Shown: positions 14,901 to 24,589 of the stretch, piece after piece
Position numbering within the stretch: the stretch's first letter is position 1
Layout: every line of letters begins with the position of its first letter
IMG/VR virus record: IMGVR_UViG_3300031566_000311
Location: 1 to 26,615 of that record
DNA: 26,615 bases
Reading direction: 5' to 3' (one strand)
Source of the DNA: a virus
Taxonomy: Duplodnaviria > Caudoviricetes
The notes under the pieces: model-generated
Told to the model about the DNA's origin: nothing
The model's database searches: none
What the model saw: the letters and a program-made list of their open reading frames with translations, nothing else
Translations under genes and position numbers: made by a program

Positions 14901-16453
14901 CCTGTAAAATCAATAATTTTTGCATCTTTAGAGATAAACGCTTTAACGATATTCTGCCCACCCCTTAAATCTGCAAAATATTCAGCATCATTTCTATTTT
15001 CTGCAAAAAATATAACAGGTGATTTTGCATCTGTTTTAAATATCCCTAATCCATAACGATTTTTTATATCAAATTCTTTAATATCAGAAGTTGTCCCATG
15101 ATAAACATTCTTCTGACTACCTACAAATTCATCTACATCTTTCGCCTTCCTCGCTTCCTCTGCCAGCCCTTCAAGCTCGGCGGGGATAGCGGGGGTGGGT
15201 TGTGGCTCTTCCGCTTCTTTCCCCAACGCAACCGCCTCTGGCTGTCTTGGTATAATCCCCTGTGCCTCTGCTATAACTCTTAATGTTTCCCTTATATCAC
15301 CCTTGTTCTGTATAAAGTTATCTATTGCCTGTCCTGTCTTGGTGGCAACTATAGTGCTGCCTGCAACACTACCGCCTAAACCGCCTAACACCAATGCCAT
15401 AGCCATGCCGCCATAAGCATTTACTCCCATCTCTTTGATTAAAGGTTCAATAGACCAATCTTGCGGCAACCCAATAGCCTGTTTTACTCCCTTTTCTATA
15501 GGAACCATTTCAGCTTCTTGCCAGGATTGTAAAGCTACATTTTTAATAAATTCAATACCTAATTTGCCATATTTATCAATTAAGGTTTTAGCCCCTTCAT
15601 TAACAAGAGCTTTACCGCCACCCTTTAATAATCTTGCTACACCCATAAATACAGGTAATTCAGTAGCCATTTCACCAACACCGGATAAAGCCCCGCCAAT
15701 AACCATTGCATAATAAGGTGCTTCTTTGCCTAATGCTTCATATTCTTCTTCAATCTGTCTTGCCTGCCCGCCCATAGCACCTAATCCAAAAGGTATCATT
15801 TGTGTTACACGAGTGACTATTTCGGCAAGTGGTTTCCCTGCTGCAATTCCAGTAGGAACAGGCATACCAGTTCCTAACGCTACCGAACCAAGTATTTGCG
15901 GTGCAGCCTGTAAACCTGTGCCGACTAATTTCTTTAGCCAATTCTTACTTTCTACTTGCTCTTGACTTTCAGAAACTATCTTTTCAGACTCTTCTACTAT
16001 TTTGGTTAACATATCGGTAGTATTTATATTAGGATCTACGCCATATTTTTGCTTAAATGCTTTTGCTTTTTCGGGGTCAATAGATATTATTTTACTAATA
16101 GGGTCAGTTAGTTTTGTTACTCCCATATCAACCAGTCTAAAAAGATTGACCAATGAAGCCTGAAATTGAGCTGTCCCTGCTTTAAGACGGTATTTTACAA
16201 CATCGCCCCATGTGGGGTCAGGTTTATCTTCTGGTTTAGATATAGGTAAGTCTTCGATTAGTGGCTTAAACAAGGTTGCACCACCAGCCACAGAAGCTCC
16301 TGTGCCAAATGGAGTTTGTATGGGTGTAGTAGGAGTAGACATCGGCAATCCTTCTATTAGTGGCTTTGCACCCATACCAATACCAAAATCAAATTTTTTA
16401 TTATTAAGTTTTTCTTCTTCCTCTTCTTCTAAAAGGAAATTAAATTTTTTCAT
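11963..16453 (-). CDS. Large internal virion (ejection) protein with ADP-ribosyltransferase-like insert
   Basis: 1496 aa, mostly helical with Gly/Ala-rich hydrophobic region; position after tail nozzle and pilot genes; VYHGT...FFA...GYDAI insert. Confidence 0.7.
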   Translation of the reverse strand: MKKFNFLLEEEEEEKLNNKKFDFGIGMGAKPLIEGLPMSTPTTPIQTPFGTGASVAGGATLFKPLIEDLPISKPEDKPDPTWGDVVKYRLKAGTAQFQASLVNLFRLVDMGVTKLTDPISKIISIDPEKAKAFKQKYGVDPNINTTDMLTKIVEESEKIVSESQEQVESKNWLKKLVGTGLQAAPQILGSVALGTGMPVPTGIAAGKPLAEIVTRVTQMIPFGLGAMGGQARQIEEEYEALGKEAPYYAMVIGGALSGVGEMATELPVFMGVARLLKGGGKALVNEGAKTLIDKYGKLGIEFIKNVALQSWQEAEMVPIEKGVKQAIGLPQDWSIEPLIKEMGVNAYGGMAMALVLGGLGGSVAGSTIVATKTGQAIDNFIQNKGDIRETLRVIAEAQGIIPRQPEAVALGKEAEEPQPTPAIPAELEGLAEEARKAKDVDEFVGSQKNVYHGTTSDIKEFDIKNRYGLGIFKTDAKSPVIFFAENRNDAEYFADLRGGQNIVKAFISKDAKIIDFTGLKNTNTLIKNLEKIREIDPEWADDIDEGNADIHDAIEDPLFIQKIKDKGYDAIRSIEPEGHGVSLAVINKDIIKTKAQLSSIYTQATEQPSAVAPVAEKATTVPTKAEVKAEKPYSLNKELTPEQRIEGNKLMGQIHKVVNQKGLTGVKFADLKRQHGMSPHLATATKRMTIPQLEAVLQAVNRARPKRIGYKDVVTPKTEKKIQSLKDNLIDKLQMSEEAYTSILKSEGVYKEPKYTDASNFITEKQGKDVIYRLIGESDILRETLPYNQAVEKQPAIKKLIDKEKEIIGKYRDKGLRDPKELNSARIIFQKMEEITGAPIYRMYQSLIDISLENKEKAAVFLHEFEEYKDIIKDEKAIKRVADYITSKSNLKNKPEYPEKITEQEIKMAKKIEGILKDYQAKARTEKFLEDIEFPQKIPQYEQYKKEIDKAKDIYEGKGYDDLVEYMKTQEWGIIRNGYDPLQVVSNELRMWKPKPQTFGKSHIKVRTDIEYHEQDKNILERLFSYKKQMDNLVDMRPKVRAFMTLIDENIDKFQNPQRIKEGVEIFLRELKGYNRPEGLVERELNRAYAQAMQVIILPSPAMFARNVLQPYAFGFDKSILIDPRNKKLTSEETDYMNTYVSQIQSMKIDWFMVGEKPYFGRLGKGLMKLVNKVGIYPYSDQLNRITSFWARINQTHRAFADIDKNSTEKQLSKAMGQAKFNDMERTERIMALEILAKDGVEAMSRYMARVFTADTQFQYNRAERSFAEMGKGKWLTNLMLFPRAYNEMLLKQAKHFKEGTISQKVRASKVVMSIIIGGMIMSAIYKKVTGRRQSPYGFLELLAYEPGGLAIGTIEAATDVYVSTVLAVGGDERSIAALSTAIPRLANMWMPFYDYTLRGYEAATNQKNVDVRAIRKIREIFDKEYKTRGDAYEIERNAMQKLQYLLAGAGVDVGIKEREAEKKKTPLVIDFAKSGKKFTFSETSLRKSEGKKFSF

Positions 16454-16461
16454 TTTTCACC

Positions 16462-17706
16462 TTAATAGTAAATTGATTTATATTGACCTTTACCTACTCC
16501 ACTAAATGTTTTAACACCTTCCCAAAACCCTACTTTTTCTATTTCGCTTAATGGTTTTAATTTTGGGAATTGACTAACATCTACGCCTGCTTTTTCTAAT
16601 AAATCCCTGTATTTCATATATTCTTTTCTAAATTCTTCATATACATCTGGTGCAGGTGCATTTTTATCAATTTGATTACTTACTTCCTGTGGGGTTATTT
16701 CGCCACTTTTTAACCAACCTTTTTCGTTAGCGGTAGCTTTTATTGCTTTTAATAAGTTGCTTAAATATTCTGTCTGGCTATTCGCCCACGCCTCTTTATC
16801 TATCCCTAATTGTGATGGATCATAACCTGCTTCGGTATAGTCATTGATAATCTTTTCGGCATCTTCCCAGCTATCGGCATTTAAGGTATTCTCTCTATAC
16901 TTCTCAAGAGTCGGTAATGAAGTAACCCTATGCTTTTCTGTTGCTACTCCACCTTCGCCAATCGCCCCCGGCTTCTCATACCCCTGCTTATAAGTGTCAA
17001 AGGTCGTAGGTATATTCAAAGATTTTGCCATCTGATTAAAATAATTGGCATTGCCTGTCGCATAAGCGGCATCGAGCTTCTTCTGTGTTTCGCCCATCTT
17101 ATCAAGCTCGGTTGCTGGTGCTTCTGCCGGCTGTGGTATCTCTATCCCTTTTGACCTTAAATATTCGGGTCTAACATCTTGAGGTAACGTTGCCGCCTGC
17201 CCCCATATATCCTCTGGCTGATTTTGTGCTATTGTTGCTCTCTTTTGAATTATATTATTATATGCTTCCAGCGTGTTTTTACCCTTTTCACTGGTAATAT
17301 ATGGCTGAACATACTCATACATTGCTTGAATATCCCCAGGGGGCAATCCTTCAACTCCGCTTGTAAATAAATCCATCCATTCTTTTTCCTGGTCATATTT
17401 TGCCTTATTCATACTTTTTATAGCTTCCATTGCACCTTGATAATGCTCCATAAATTCATAACCGCCGGATAGATATATTGTGCTTATTTGGGCTATTTCT
17501 TCATCTGAATATATATTATCAGTACCGGCTTCTTTTATTTTGGCATTCCAAAGATTGCTTACCTCTAACATCTTGGCTTGCTTTTCCTCTAATTCTTTTC
17601 GCTGCTTCTTCTGCCACCGCATCTCTTGTAATTGCGTTCCCATATTTATACCAGACTGTATTCCGCCCGCTAATCCCTTTAAAAAATGTCCTTCATAGCC
17701 TGTCAT
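16462..17706 (-). CDS. Internal virion protein
   Basis: 414 aa, FLKGLAGGIQSG N-terminus then helical Q/E/K-rich body; synteny. Confidence 0.6.
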   Translation of the reverse strand: MTGYEGHFLKGLAGGIQSGINMGTQLQEMRWQKKQRKELEEKQAKMLEVSNLWNAKIKEAGTDNIYSDEEIAQISTIYLSGGYEFMEHYQGAMEAIKSMNKAKYDQEKEWMDLFTSGVEGLPPGDIQAMYEYVQPYITSEKGKNTLEAYNNIIQKRATIAQNQPEDIWGQAATLPQDVRPEYLRSKGIEIPQPAEAPATELDKMGETQKKLDAAYATGNANYFNQMAKSLNIPTTFDTYKQGYEKPGAIGEGGVATEKHRVTSLPTLEKYRENTLNADSWEDAEKIINDYTEAGYDPSQLGIDKEAWANSQTEYLSNLLKAIKATANEKGWLKSGEITPQEVSNQIDKNAPAPDVYEEFRKEYMKYRDLLEKAGVDVSQFPKLKPLSEIEKVGFWEGVKTFSGVGKGQYKSIYY

Positions 17707-17707
17707 A

Positions 17708-18145
17708 TTAAATCACTTCCTTTATCATTATCTTTTCAATAACTGAACATCTATGTTTATATCCGAATTTACCATATTTCCTTTCAACCGCCTTGGGGTT
17801 TCTATGGGTGGTAAAACTTATCTTTTCGGCTTTAAGCTCTTTTGCCTTTTGCTCTATAAAATTTACATACTCTACACTTAATTTCGGACAGTGCTTATCT
17901 ATAAACATATAAATCACAAATAAGGTTAAGTCGCCGATTATATCCCTTTGTATAGTTAATATCACGCACCCGTTCATCTTATCCCCGTCATAACTGACAT
18001 GGGTAGATATCCTATCATTAAATTGACCGGCAACCATATAACTATATAATTTATCTTCTTTTAACTTACAATCTTTGGTTTCCTTTAATTTGTCACATAC
18101 CTTAAAGAAATCATCGGTATCTAAAGTAAGATTTATTTTATCCAT
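17708..18145 (-). CDS. GNAT-like acetyltransferase-fold protein
   Basis: LFVIYMFID...KAKELKAEKISF...KFGYK pattern; such genes commonly sit among podovirus internal virion genes. Confidence 0.6.
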   Translation of the reverse strand: MDKINLTLDTDDFFKVCDKLKETKDCKLKEDKLYSYMVAGQFNDRISTHVSYDGDKMNGCVILTIQRDIIGDLTLFVIYMFIDKHCPKLSVEYVNFIEQKAKELKAEKISFTTHRNPKAVERKYGKFGYKHRCSVIEKIMIKEVI

Positions 18146-18147
18146 TA

Positions 18148-19206
18148 TTAACTCCCCGGTAAGAGGCTGAATATCCCGCCTAAAATTATACCAAATATAT
18201 TGCCTGCCCCTTCTGCTTTCGCTGCCTTTCTATTTGCTTCTAATTCCATTTGTGCTAATTCCAAATCATAACCGTGTTGCTTTTCGGCAAGTTGGCTCTG
18301 TAATTGTGCGGTTAATTTAATATTACTCTGTTGATATGCCTGATTAATAGCTAATTTCTGGAAGTCTATATCTGCCTGCCAAGCCTGCATTTTAGCCAAC
18401 TGCTCTGCCGACCAGGTAGCAAATTCAGGTGCATACTTTAATTGACTTTGCTCTGATAAATAACCCAGGAATTGACCTGCCTGTCCCATTGCAGTTTCAA
18501 AACTGGCCATCTTCATAAGTGCCGATTTAATCTGAATATCGGCAATTCCCGAAGCTATTGCTTTAGAAGTGTTAGACCTGATTGCCTGCTCGTTAGCAAA
18601 GACAAAACCGCTGTTGGTGATCCCCCGCCGTTCCATGTTATTCCGCATGACCCGCAAATTCTCTGCCTCACTTGCCTTCAATGAATCGGTCTGTTGCTGT
18701 ATCATCTGTGCCTGTGTTTCTTCGGGGATACCGTAACCACCTGCTTCTGCCCAGTCGGTTATCTTACCGCCGAACATATCTTCAAAGGCCTGCTGTGCGG
18801 GTGATATCTCATAAGGTGGTGCTGGGGTGACTGCGGCTGGTGTAATTCCCCCGCCTGCTCCACAGGGTGGTTTACCACTCTGACTACAAAGGTTGCCGTC
18901 TTCGTCAATAGGAGGACCCGTTGGAACATGCGGTTCTTTCCCTGGAGTAGGAATAGTTGTAAATTCCACTGATGGCATTACCGAACCTTCTGGAGGTGTT
19001 TCTGCTGTTGGTATATTTGTTGCCGTAGTTGGTGTAGTAGTTGGTGTTACAGCCGTTCCTCCCCACGGCAATACTCCTGTATTCTGATAGGATGTCCATG
19101 CAGAAGCAGCAGCGTCATTATATCCTTCACGTTTTGCCGGCCCTTCCGAATAATACCAATGGAAATGTTGTTTTATAAAATCACTTTTACCCAATAAATC
19201 TGCCAT
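18148..19206 (-). CDS. Internal virion / pilot-like protein
   Basis: Pro/Thr-rich N-terminus, RRGITNSG motif, Q/A-rich coiled coil, Gly-rich hydrophobic C-terminus. Confidence 0.6.
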   Translation of the reverse strand: MADLLGKSDFIKQHFHWYYSEGPAKREGYNDAAASAWTSYQNTGVLPWGGTAVTPTTTPTTATNIPTAETPPEGSVMPSVEFTTIPTPGKEPHVPTGPPIDEDGNLCSQSGKPPCGAGGGITPAAVTPAPPYEISPAQQAFEDMFGGKITDWAEAGGYGIPEETQAQMIQQQTDSLKASEAENLRVMRNNMERRGITNSGFVFANEQAIRSNTSKAIASGIADIQIKSALMKMASFETAMGQAGQFLGYLSEQSQLKYAPEFATWSAEQLAKMQAWQADIDFQKLAINQAYQQSNIKLTAQLQSQLAEKQHGYDLELAQMELEANRKAAKAEGAGNIFGIILGGIFSLLPGS

Positions 19207-19260
19207 AATAAAATCACGCTCCTTAAATTAATCCATAAGAAATCCCCCCTGTTTATATTT

Positions 19261-20418
19261 TTATCTTGCCTTAATGTCTAACTTGCACATTACTTGTGTC
19301 GATATCCCCGTTAATACACCTGATTCAAATTTGACCTGATATTTACCTGTGCCTTCGATCATAACATCAGCTACCGCTATATCTACTTGGTCGGAAGTAT
19401 ATGGTCCATACTTTTTACTCCATTTACCGCCAACTTTCCTCACATAAAAACTGATAGTATTACCACCTGCGTATGTCCCATCAGCATCGGGTCCAGAATT
19501 ATCTTCTTCATATATATCATAAGTGTGGGTAACAACAGCAGTAGTACAACATAAAACCCAATCACCATAACCAATTCCAAAGACATTTCCTGCAAAAGCA
19601 CGAATCCAATAACAGGTTAACGGTTTCAAACCGTATAGGGTCATACGATATATAACAGGAGTAGCAAATCTACCTATCTCTCTTACCGCATACATACTGG
19701 AATCGTATTCACCCTCCTCAGTATATTGGTAATACTCAAATCCCCGATAAGTATATCCGTCCCCCGTGCCAGTAATCTCACCCACTGCGGTTAGGGTAGT
19801 TGATTGCCTATCTTCACATTCCTCATTAATAGTTTCAACGGTAGGTGCTTCCGTAGGTTCAAAATAGGTGATGGTTAATTTAATTTCATAATGTACAATA
19901 TGTGCATCGTAATGAACAATTTCATTACCTGTAGGTGGAATGTTATCAATATCTCTTTCTGATAAAAGAACGAATTGAGTTGTTCCTGATGTATTGATAT
20001 GGGCGATGCCTAAATCATTTAGTGTGAAACTTTGATAATATGGGGGACCTGAAGTTAATTTCCCCAAATCATCTCCGTTATAGTGAGTGAGGTCATAATC
20101 ATCTAAAACCAATGGATTACTCGCACTACTTGCCCCTCTGATAATGATATTAAAATTTCTGTCAGGGTAACCTAATAATGGACTGGTAAAGGTAATCGTT
20201 GCTCCAGTAATTATTGCATCATTGGGTATTCCCGAAGTATCAAAATAGAGAAAACCACGATAAGTATAATACCAGACTCCGAGAGCCTGATACAGTTGCC
20301 CTACTGTACAACCAGCATACACGTCGTAACCACTGTCTGCATTTCTACAGGTATAATAATCGTGATTACGGTTTTCTGCGATTCCAACATAAGAGGCATA
20401 AAAATTTGCTGTACTCAT
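19261..20418 (-). CDS. Tail-associated protein with DNRLRE-like and FN3-like domains
   Basis: YRGFLYFDTSGIPNDAIITGAT; GLKPLTCYWIRAFAGNVFGIGYGD. Confidence 0.6.
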   Translation of the reverse strand: MSTANFYASYVGIAENRNHDYYTCRNADSGYDVYAGCTVGQLYQALGVWYYTYRGFLYFDTSGIPNDAIITGATITFTSPLLGYPDRNFNIIIRGASSASNPLVLDDYDLTHYNGDDLGKLTSGPPYYQSFTLNDLGIAHINTSGTTQFVLLSERDIDNIPPTGNEIVHYDAHIVHYEIKLTITYFEPTEAPTVETINEECEDRQSTTLTAVGEITGTGDGYTYRGFEYYQYTEEGEYDSSMYAVREIGRFATPVIYRMTLYGLKPLTCYWIRAFAGNVFGIGYGDWVLCCTTAVVTHTYDIYEEDNSGPDADGTYAGGNTISFYVRKVGGKWSKKYGPYTSDQVDIAVADVMIEGTGKYQVKFESGVLTGISTQVMCKLDIKAR

Positions 20419-20427
20419 AATTTACTC

Positions 20428-20703
20428 CTATAAAGTTACCGGACTACTAAAATTTCTTATCTTAAAACTTACTTTACATTCCACTAATTTTGTCATCTCG
20501 CTTATTAGTTCAAAATCCATGATAAAGGGATAGGTTGAATCACAATTACCCCAGTCATTGAATATCATTGTATTGCGGTATTCGATGACATTAGAGGACT
20601 TGATACGCCCCTCTAATTGGTCATTTATCGCCTGTAATTGAAATTTAACTATTCGCAGGTCTTTTTTAAGTTGGTCAAGTTCTTCTGTAGAGAGTTCTGG
20701 CAT
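20428..20703 (-). CDS. Small tail-region protein
   Basis: 91 aa, N-terminal coiled coil; overlaps nozzle stop. Confidence 0.65.
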   Translation of the reverse strand: MPELSTEELDQLKKDLRIVKFQLQAINDQLEGRIKSSNVIEYRNTMIFNDWGNCDSTYPFIMDFELISEMTKLVECKVSFKIRNFSSPVTL

Positions 20704-22892
20704 TATTCTTTCTCCTCCGCAAACGGTTCAATCTCATAACATACCATATAATCGTGTATCTCAAAATAATACTTATCGCTTATATATGGTCGTGGTTTAA
20801 ATGTTCTTGCCCTTTTACCGCCACTGCCTAAACCGACACGATACCATTTAGTCGTATTGGCTGTTAAGACTTTTGCTTTGATGATTACAACATCATCTCC
20901 CTTAATTTCTCCTGTCAGACTGGCAGTAGCGACATTGATTGTTTTTGCCACAACAGACACGATAGTATAATTACCATTATTCTCACTATCACCAGTAACT
21001 ACGATAACATCTCCGGCCACAAATCCAGCAGCCACAAAATCACCGGCAGTTGTGGTTATTGTATCTTCTTCACCCGCACCACCATCTACAAAAGCAATAT
21101 CATCCCTGCTTATAATTACTGACGAGGTTTCATCGTTATTATCTAAAGTGTAAAACATAGCCAAAGCAGTTCCATCAGTTGTCTTAATCTTAATAAATAT
21201 CGAATACCATTGTTTATAAACTTCGGGTATTCCCATGTCTAAAGGTTCGATACTATCATAAGCAGTAATAGCCTCGCCACCGTCATCTAACCCTGAAAAA
21301 ATAGAATAGACCTGACCAATTGTGTTACTGCCGCCTTTAAGTTGTAGACCGTCAGTGCCTCTATTCCAAACCGAGAAACACGAGAAAGCAAAGTCATATA
21401 CACCATAAGTTTTATTTTTTAAATCAATCCATATCGTTTCTGAAGGCACAGTATTTGCACCCTTCGGATAGCAGAGCATATATTTATTATCCCAATAGGT
21501 TGCACAAGATAAGTGCCTGTAAGCACCATTTATATTCTCTCTTATATATTTATTGACTGCTTCACTGAATATCCCACTTGTTACCCCATCAAAATAATTT
21601 ATTCCGTTAAAGCCAAGATAAACAATCAAATTATCACAATTAACATAAGACCTTAAAGCTACACAACCTTCAGTTGAATAACTGTTTATAAACTCAAAAT
21701 TATCTTCATCAGTACCCACCAGTCTTTCAATACTATCTTCTGTGGCTGCAGGTAAGGCGGTTAACTGTTCGAGTAAGCCCATTATCTTCTGACTGTTACC
21801 TGTCCGTAATCTCCAAAGTGGTGGGAAGTATTCTACATCGGAGATGTGAGAAGGATATAAATAATTATTATAGGCTAAATATAATTTCTCTCTACGCTTA
21901 CAAATTAAATGAGAAGTTGTTTCGGGTGCGGTATGGTTTGTTGCCAATACAGACCCTAATGAACTATCGGCTATCGTTGAAGAGAAAGTAGTCGTGGTAT
22001 TATTGTCAATAGCCCCCTCATAATAATAAATCGCACCTCCAACGGAAGTACGATAGATATTCTTTGATACTATTTTTGGGTCAGTAGAATTGGCTACTCC
22101 GGTTAAACTTATTGTAGCTAAAGCTGTTGCTGTTATAGCGTCACTTATAGGTGCGCCGTTACTTTCATAGCCGTCCTCATCTACCCAAGTATATATATAT
22201 TTATAATCTCCTGCACCTAAATATCCCGAAGTACCGGCGGCTGTTCCTGCACATTTTACAGTCGGTGCAGTAATCCCCATAGTCCTTATAGTTGAAATTT
22301 TAATACGGTTAGCCCCTGCATATAATGTGCCAGTTATAGTTACTGTACCAGCAGCATTGTCCGCTATGACAGTCCATTTTCCAACCGTAGGAGCAGTATC
22401 AACATAGGAAAATGCATATTGTCCTATTAAAGCATCAATATCCCAAGTTCCAGCTGTTCTCGTAAATATGGTATCAGATGTTCTTGTTCCCGCAACCTCA
22501 TCAGTGAGAGTGCCTTTAAAAACTCCATCAACACCATTAACAAAGTAATAGTGGTTAAGAAAATCAACAAAATGCGTGTCACTATCAGCAGTTAAACTTG
22601 ATTTAATTAAAGTTGCTCCATAAAGTGAAGTATCCGATTTTACATATATACCTGTATTCCAAGCTACAAGAAATTCTTTAACTGAATTGTCTTGTCTATA
22701 AAAGCGGTGCATTCCCACTATCTTATGGGAATCACCTATTGAAGCACCATAAGTAGAATACCCTGCCCGCTTGACAAGTTGCCCGTATTCATTAAAGCTT
22801 AAATTATGTAAGCCGTCAGGTTTGCGGGGTAATTGGGATAGTTTAATATTTGAGGGAGAAAGGTTATCGAGTGCCTTCCAAATTTGTTTCAT
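20703..22892 (-). CDS. Tail nozzle / tubular protein B-like
   Basis: 729 aa beta-rich, N-terminal GQLVKRAG motif; follows adaptor gene. Confidence 0.7.
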   Translation of the reverse strand: MKQIWKALDNLSPSNIKLSQLPRKPDGLHNLSFNEYGQLVKRAGYSTYGASIGDSHKIVGMHRFYRQDNSVKEFLVAWNTGIYVKSDTSLYGATLIKSSLTADSDTHFVDFLNHYYFVNGVDGVFKGTLTDEVAGTRTSDTIFTRTAGTWDIDALIGQYAFSYVDTAPTVGKWTVIADNAAGTVTITGTLYAGANRIKISTIRTMGITAPTVKCAGTAAGTSGYLGAGDYKYIYTWVDEDGYESNGAPISDAITATALATISLTGVANSTDPKIVSKNIYRTSVGGAIYYYEGAIDNNTTTTFSSTIADSSLGSVLATNHTAPETTSHLICKRREKLYLAYNNYLYPSHISDVEYFPPLWRLRTGNSQKIMGLLEQLTALPAATEDSIERLVGTDEDNFEFINSYSTEGCVALRSYVNCDNLIVYLGFNGINYFDGVTSGIFSEAVNKYIRENINGAYRHLSCATYWDNKYMLCYPKGANTVPSETIWIDLKNKTYGVYDFAFSCFSVWNRGTDGLQLKGGSNTIGQVYSIFSGLDDGGEAITAYDSIEPLDMGIPEVYKQWYSIFIKIKTTDGTALAMFYTLDNNDETSSVIISRDDIAFVDGGAGEEDTITTTAGDFVAAGFVAGDVIVVTGDSENNGNYTIVSVVAKTINVATASLTGEIKGDDVVIIKAKVLTANTTKWYRVGLGSGGKRARTFKPRPYISDKYYFEIHDYMVCYEIEPFAEEKE

Positions 22893-22903
22893 TTAATCAA
22901 CTC

Positions 22904-23596
22904 CTAATCGAATACGTCGGTTCTTCCATATCTAACAGCATAACGGTGTCCCCTTGCTCGATATCCGGGGATTATCATTGCCCCCTGATTTTTATTGCCA
23001 TTAATTATTGCATTGATGTTATATATCCCCCTATCAAATCGTGCCATAAACCTATCACCCCTAACATCTTCATGTTTCGCATACCAACACATGGCAATAG
23101 CGTAATCCCTCATATATCTGCGGAAGGCTATTGTTCTATAATCACCTGATAAAGGCACGGTTGCACCTGATAGCTCGGTTGCCCTCTCTATACCGTAATA
23201 CTCAACAACTGCACCGGCGGAAGGTATAGGGTAAAATCCTATCATATCACTGCGGAAATAAAAACGGGACGGTGTGTCGGTAGTAGTCCGCCAGCTCCCA
23301 GCATGCTCATTTAAGGCATTCAGGCTTATCTGCTCTAATGGTTTCCCGTCATAGACAATACCGCCATCATCAAGGGCAACAAAATCAGAATACATTCGTA
23401 TTTCCCGGCTATTAACGATATCGGCAGCAATTAACGTATGCTTATAATATTTAGATAAGCACTTAGTTTCAGTGCCGATAATCTCCTGTCCTTCATTCAC
23501 ATAGCTCGTAATCTCCGTATCAGTCCAGAACCCGGCAGTGGCTTCTCTAATCTGATATCGGACAGAAGTTATTATTTCGGCTATGGTCGCTAACAT
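22904..23596 (-). CDS. Head-tail adaptor / tubular protein A-like
   Basis: IITSVRYQI.E....FWTDTEITSYVNEG, TPSRFY...GFYPIP motifs. Confidence 0.75.
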   Translation of the reverse strand: MLATIAEIITSVRYQIREATAGFWTDTEITSYVNEGQEIIGTETKCLSKYYKHTLIAADIVNSREIRMYSDFVALDDGGIVYDGKPLEQISLNALNEHAGSWRTTTDTPSRFYFRSDMIGFYPIPSAGAVVEYYGIERATELSGATVPLSGDYRTIAFRRYMRDYAIAMCWYAKHEDVRGDRFMARFDRGIYNINAIINGNKNQGAMIIPGYRARGHRYAVRYGRTDVFD

Positions 23597-23613
23597 TTTT
23601 TAAATCACCAACT

Positions 23614-23796
23614 TTATTTTTTCTTTGTCATAGGTTGTATAAGTATCTTCGGTGTCTTAATTTCTATTTTCGGTGTCGGTATCGGTTCATTAAATTTGGC
23701 AAGTATAAGCAGGGCAACATCATTTATCTCTTTCTTTATCTCCGCCTTATCCTTGTCCATCCTTGCAAATAATTCTATTCTGTCTATAGGTATCAT
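23614..23796 (-). CDS. Hypothetical protein
   Basis: 60 aa, SD AAAGGAGG. Confidence 0.7.
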   Translation of the reverse strand: MIPIDRIELFARMDKDKAEIKKEINDVALLILAKFNEPIPTPKIEIKTPKILIQPMTKKK

Positions 23797-23823
23797 GATC
23801 TTCCTCCTTTAATTTATTTATAA

Positions 23824-24108
23824 TTAATCTACGGTCAAAAACACTTCTCCTGCAGTAAATTCTACATAGCAGCCAGCAGCAAACTTAACTCCTCCTGCCG
23901 GAATATATGCTTCATCGGTTGATTTATAAGTAGCTAATGTTTCTAATCCAATTCTCTTTAATTCAGCAGTAGGACTGTCTGGTGTTGCCCCTGCTTCGTC
24001 ATAGATAGCAGCAGTAGTAGCACCTTGATATTGTAACCTTGCCGCATATATTGTAATCGGCACATCATAAACTAACTGTGTATCAGCTACAATTCTTATA
24101 ATTTGCAT
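23824..24108 (-). CDS. Small beta-rich structural-region protein
   Basis: 94 aa, SD AAAGGAAGTGAT. Confidence 0.7.
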   Translation of the reverse strand: MQIIRIVADTQLVYDVPITIYAARLQYQGATTAAIYDEAGATPDSPTAELKRIGLETLATYKSTDEAYIPAGGVKFAAGCYVEFTAGEVFLTVD

Positions 24109-24121
24109 AAAATCACTTCCT

Positions 24122-24517
24122 TTATTCTTCTATTAATTTTCCTAATTGATATAAAATATTGGGGGTAATGGTTTCGCCGAATACTTCCTTTGTTGCTTTA
24201 AGTGGCTCGAAGGGTATTTCAATTTCCTTTTGATTAATCTTGTCCCATTCCACACCCATACTAATACGGTTATCTTTGGCCAGGTCATGCTCATATTTGC
24301 CCTTCTTATTCTTTTTAAACAAAGGTTTGCCGTCTTTGTCTTTTTTAGCATATTTCACGGCTAATCTATTTATCTCTTTGTCAATGTCTTGCAGTTCTTT
24401 TATAAAACTGAAAATTAATCGGTTAAACAGGTTTGCAGTGGGAGGGGGTAATTCTCTCATCATAATAGAGTTAATGCCTGTATTTAGACCCCTCACTTCA
24501 TTTAAAGTAACTTTCAT
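24122..24517 (-). CDS. Hypothetical helical protein (possible fibre chaperone)
   Basis: 131 aa, KYAKKDKDGKP motif; SD AAAGGAGG; follows a beta-helix gene. Confidence 0.6.
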   Translation of the reverse strand: MKVTLNEVRGLNTGINSIMMRELPPPTANLFNRLIFSFIKELQDIDKEINRLAVKYAKKDKDGKPLFKKNKKGKYEHDLAKDNRISMGVEWDKINQKEIEIPFEPLKATKEVFGETITPNILYQLGKLIEE

Positions 24518-24544
24518 TTATTTAATCCTCCTTTTTAATTTGGT

Positions 24545-24574
24545 TGCGGTTGTTTACAAAGGCACAACCGCAAA
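24545..24574. other. Intergenic 10-bp hairpin
   Basis: TTGCGGTTGT...ACAACCGCAA; no U-tract on the minus strand. Confidence 0.55.
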
Positions 24575-24589
24575 GCCTGTTGAGTTTAA

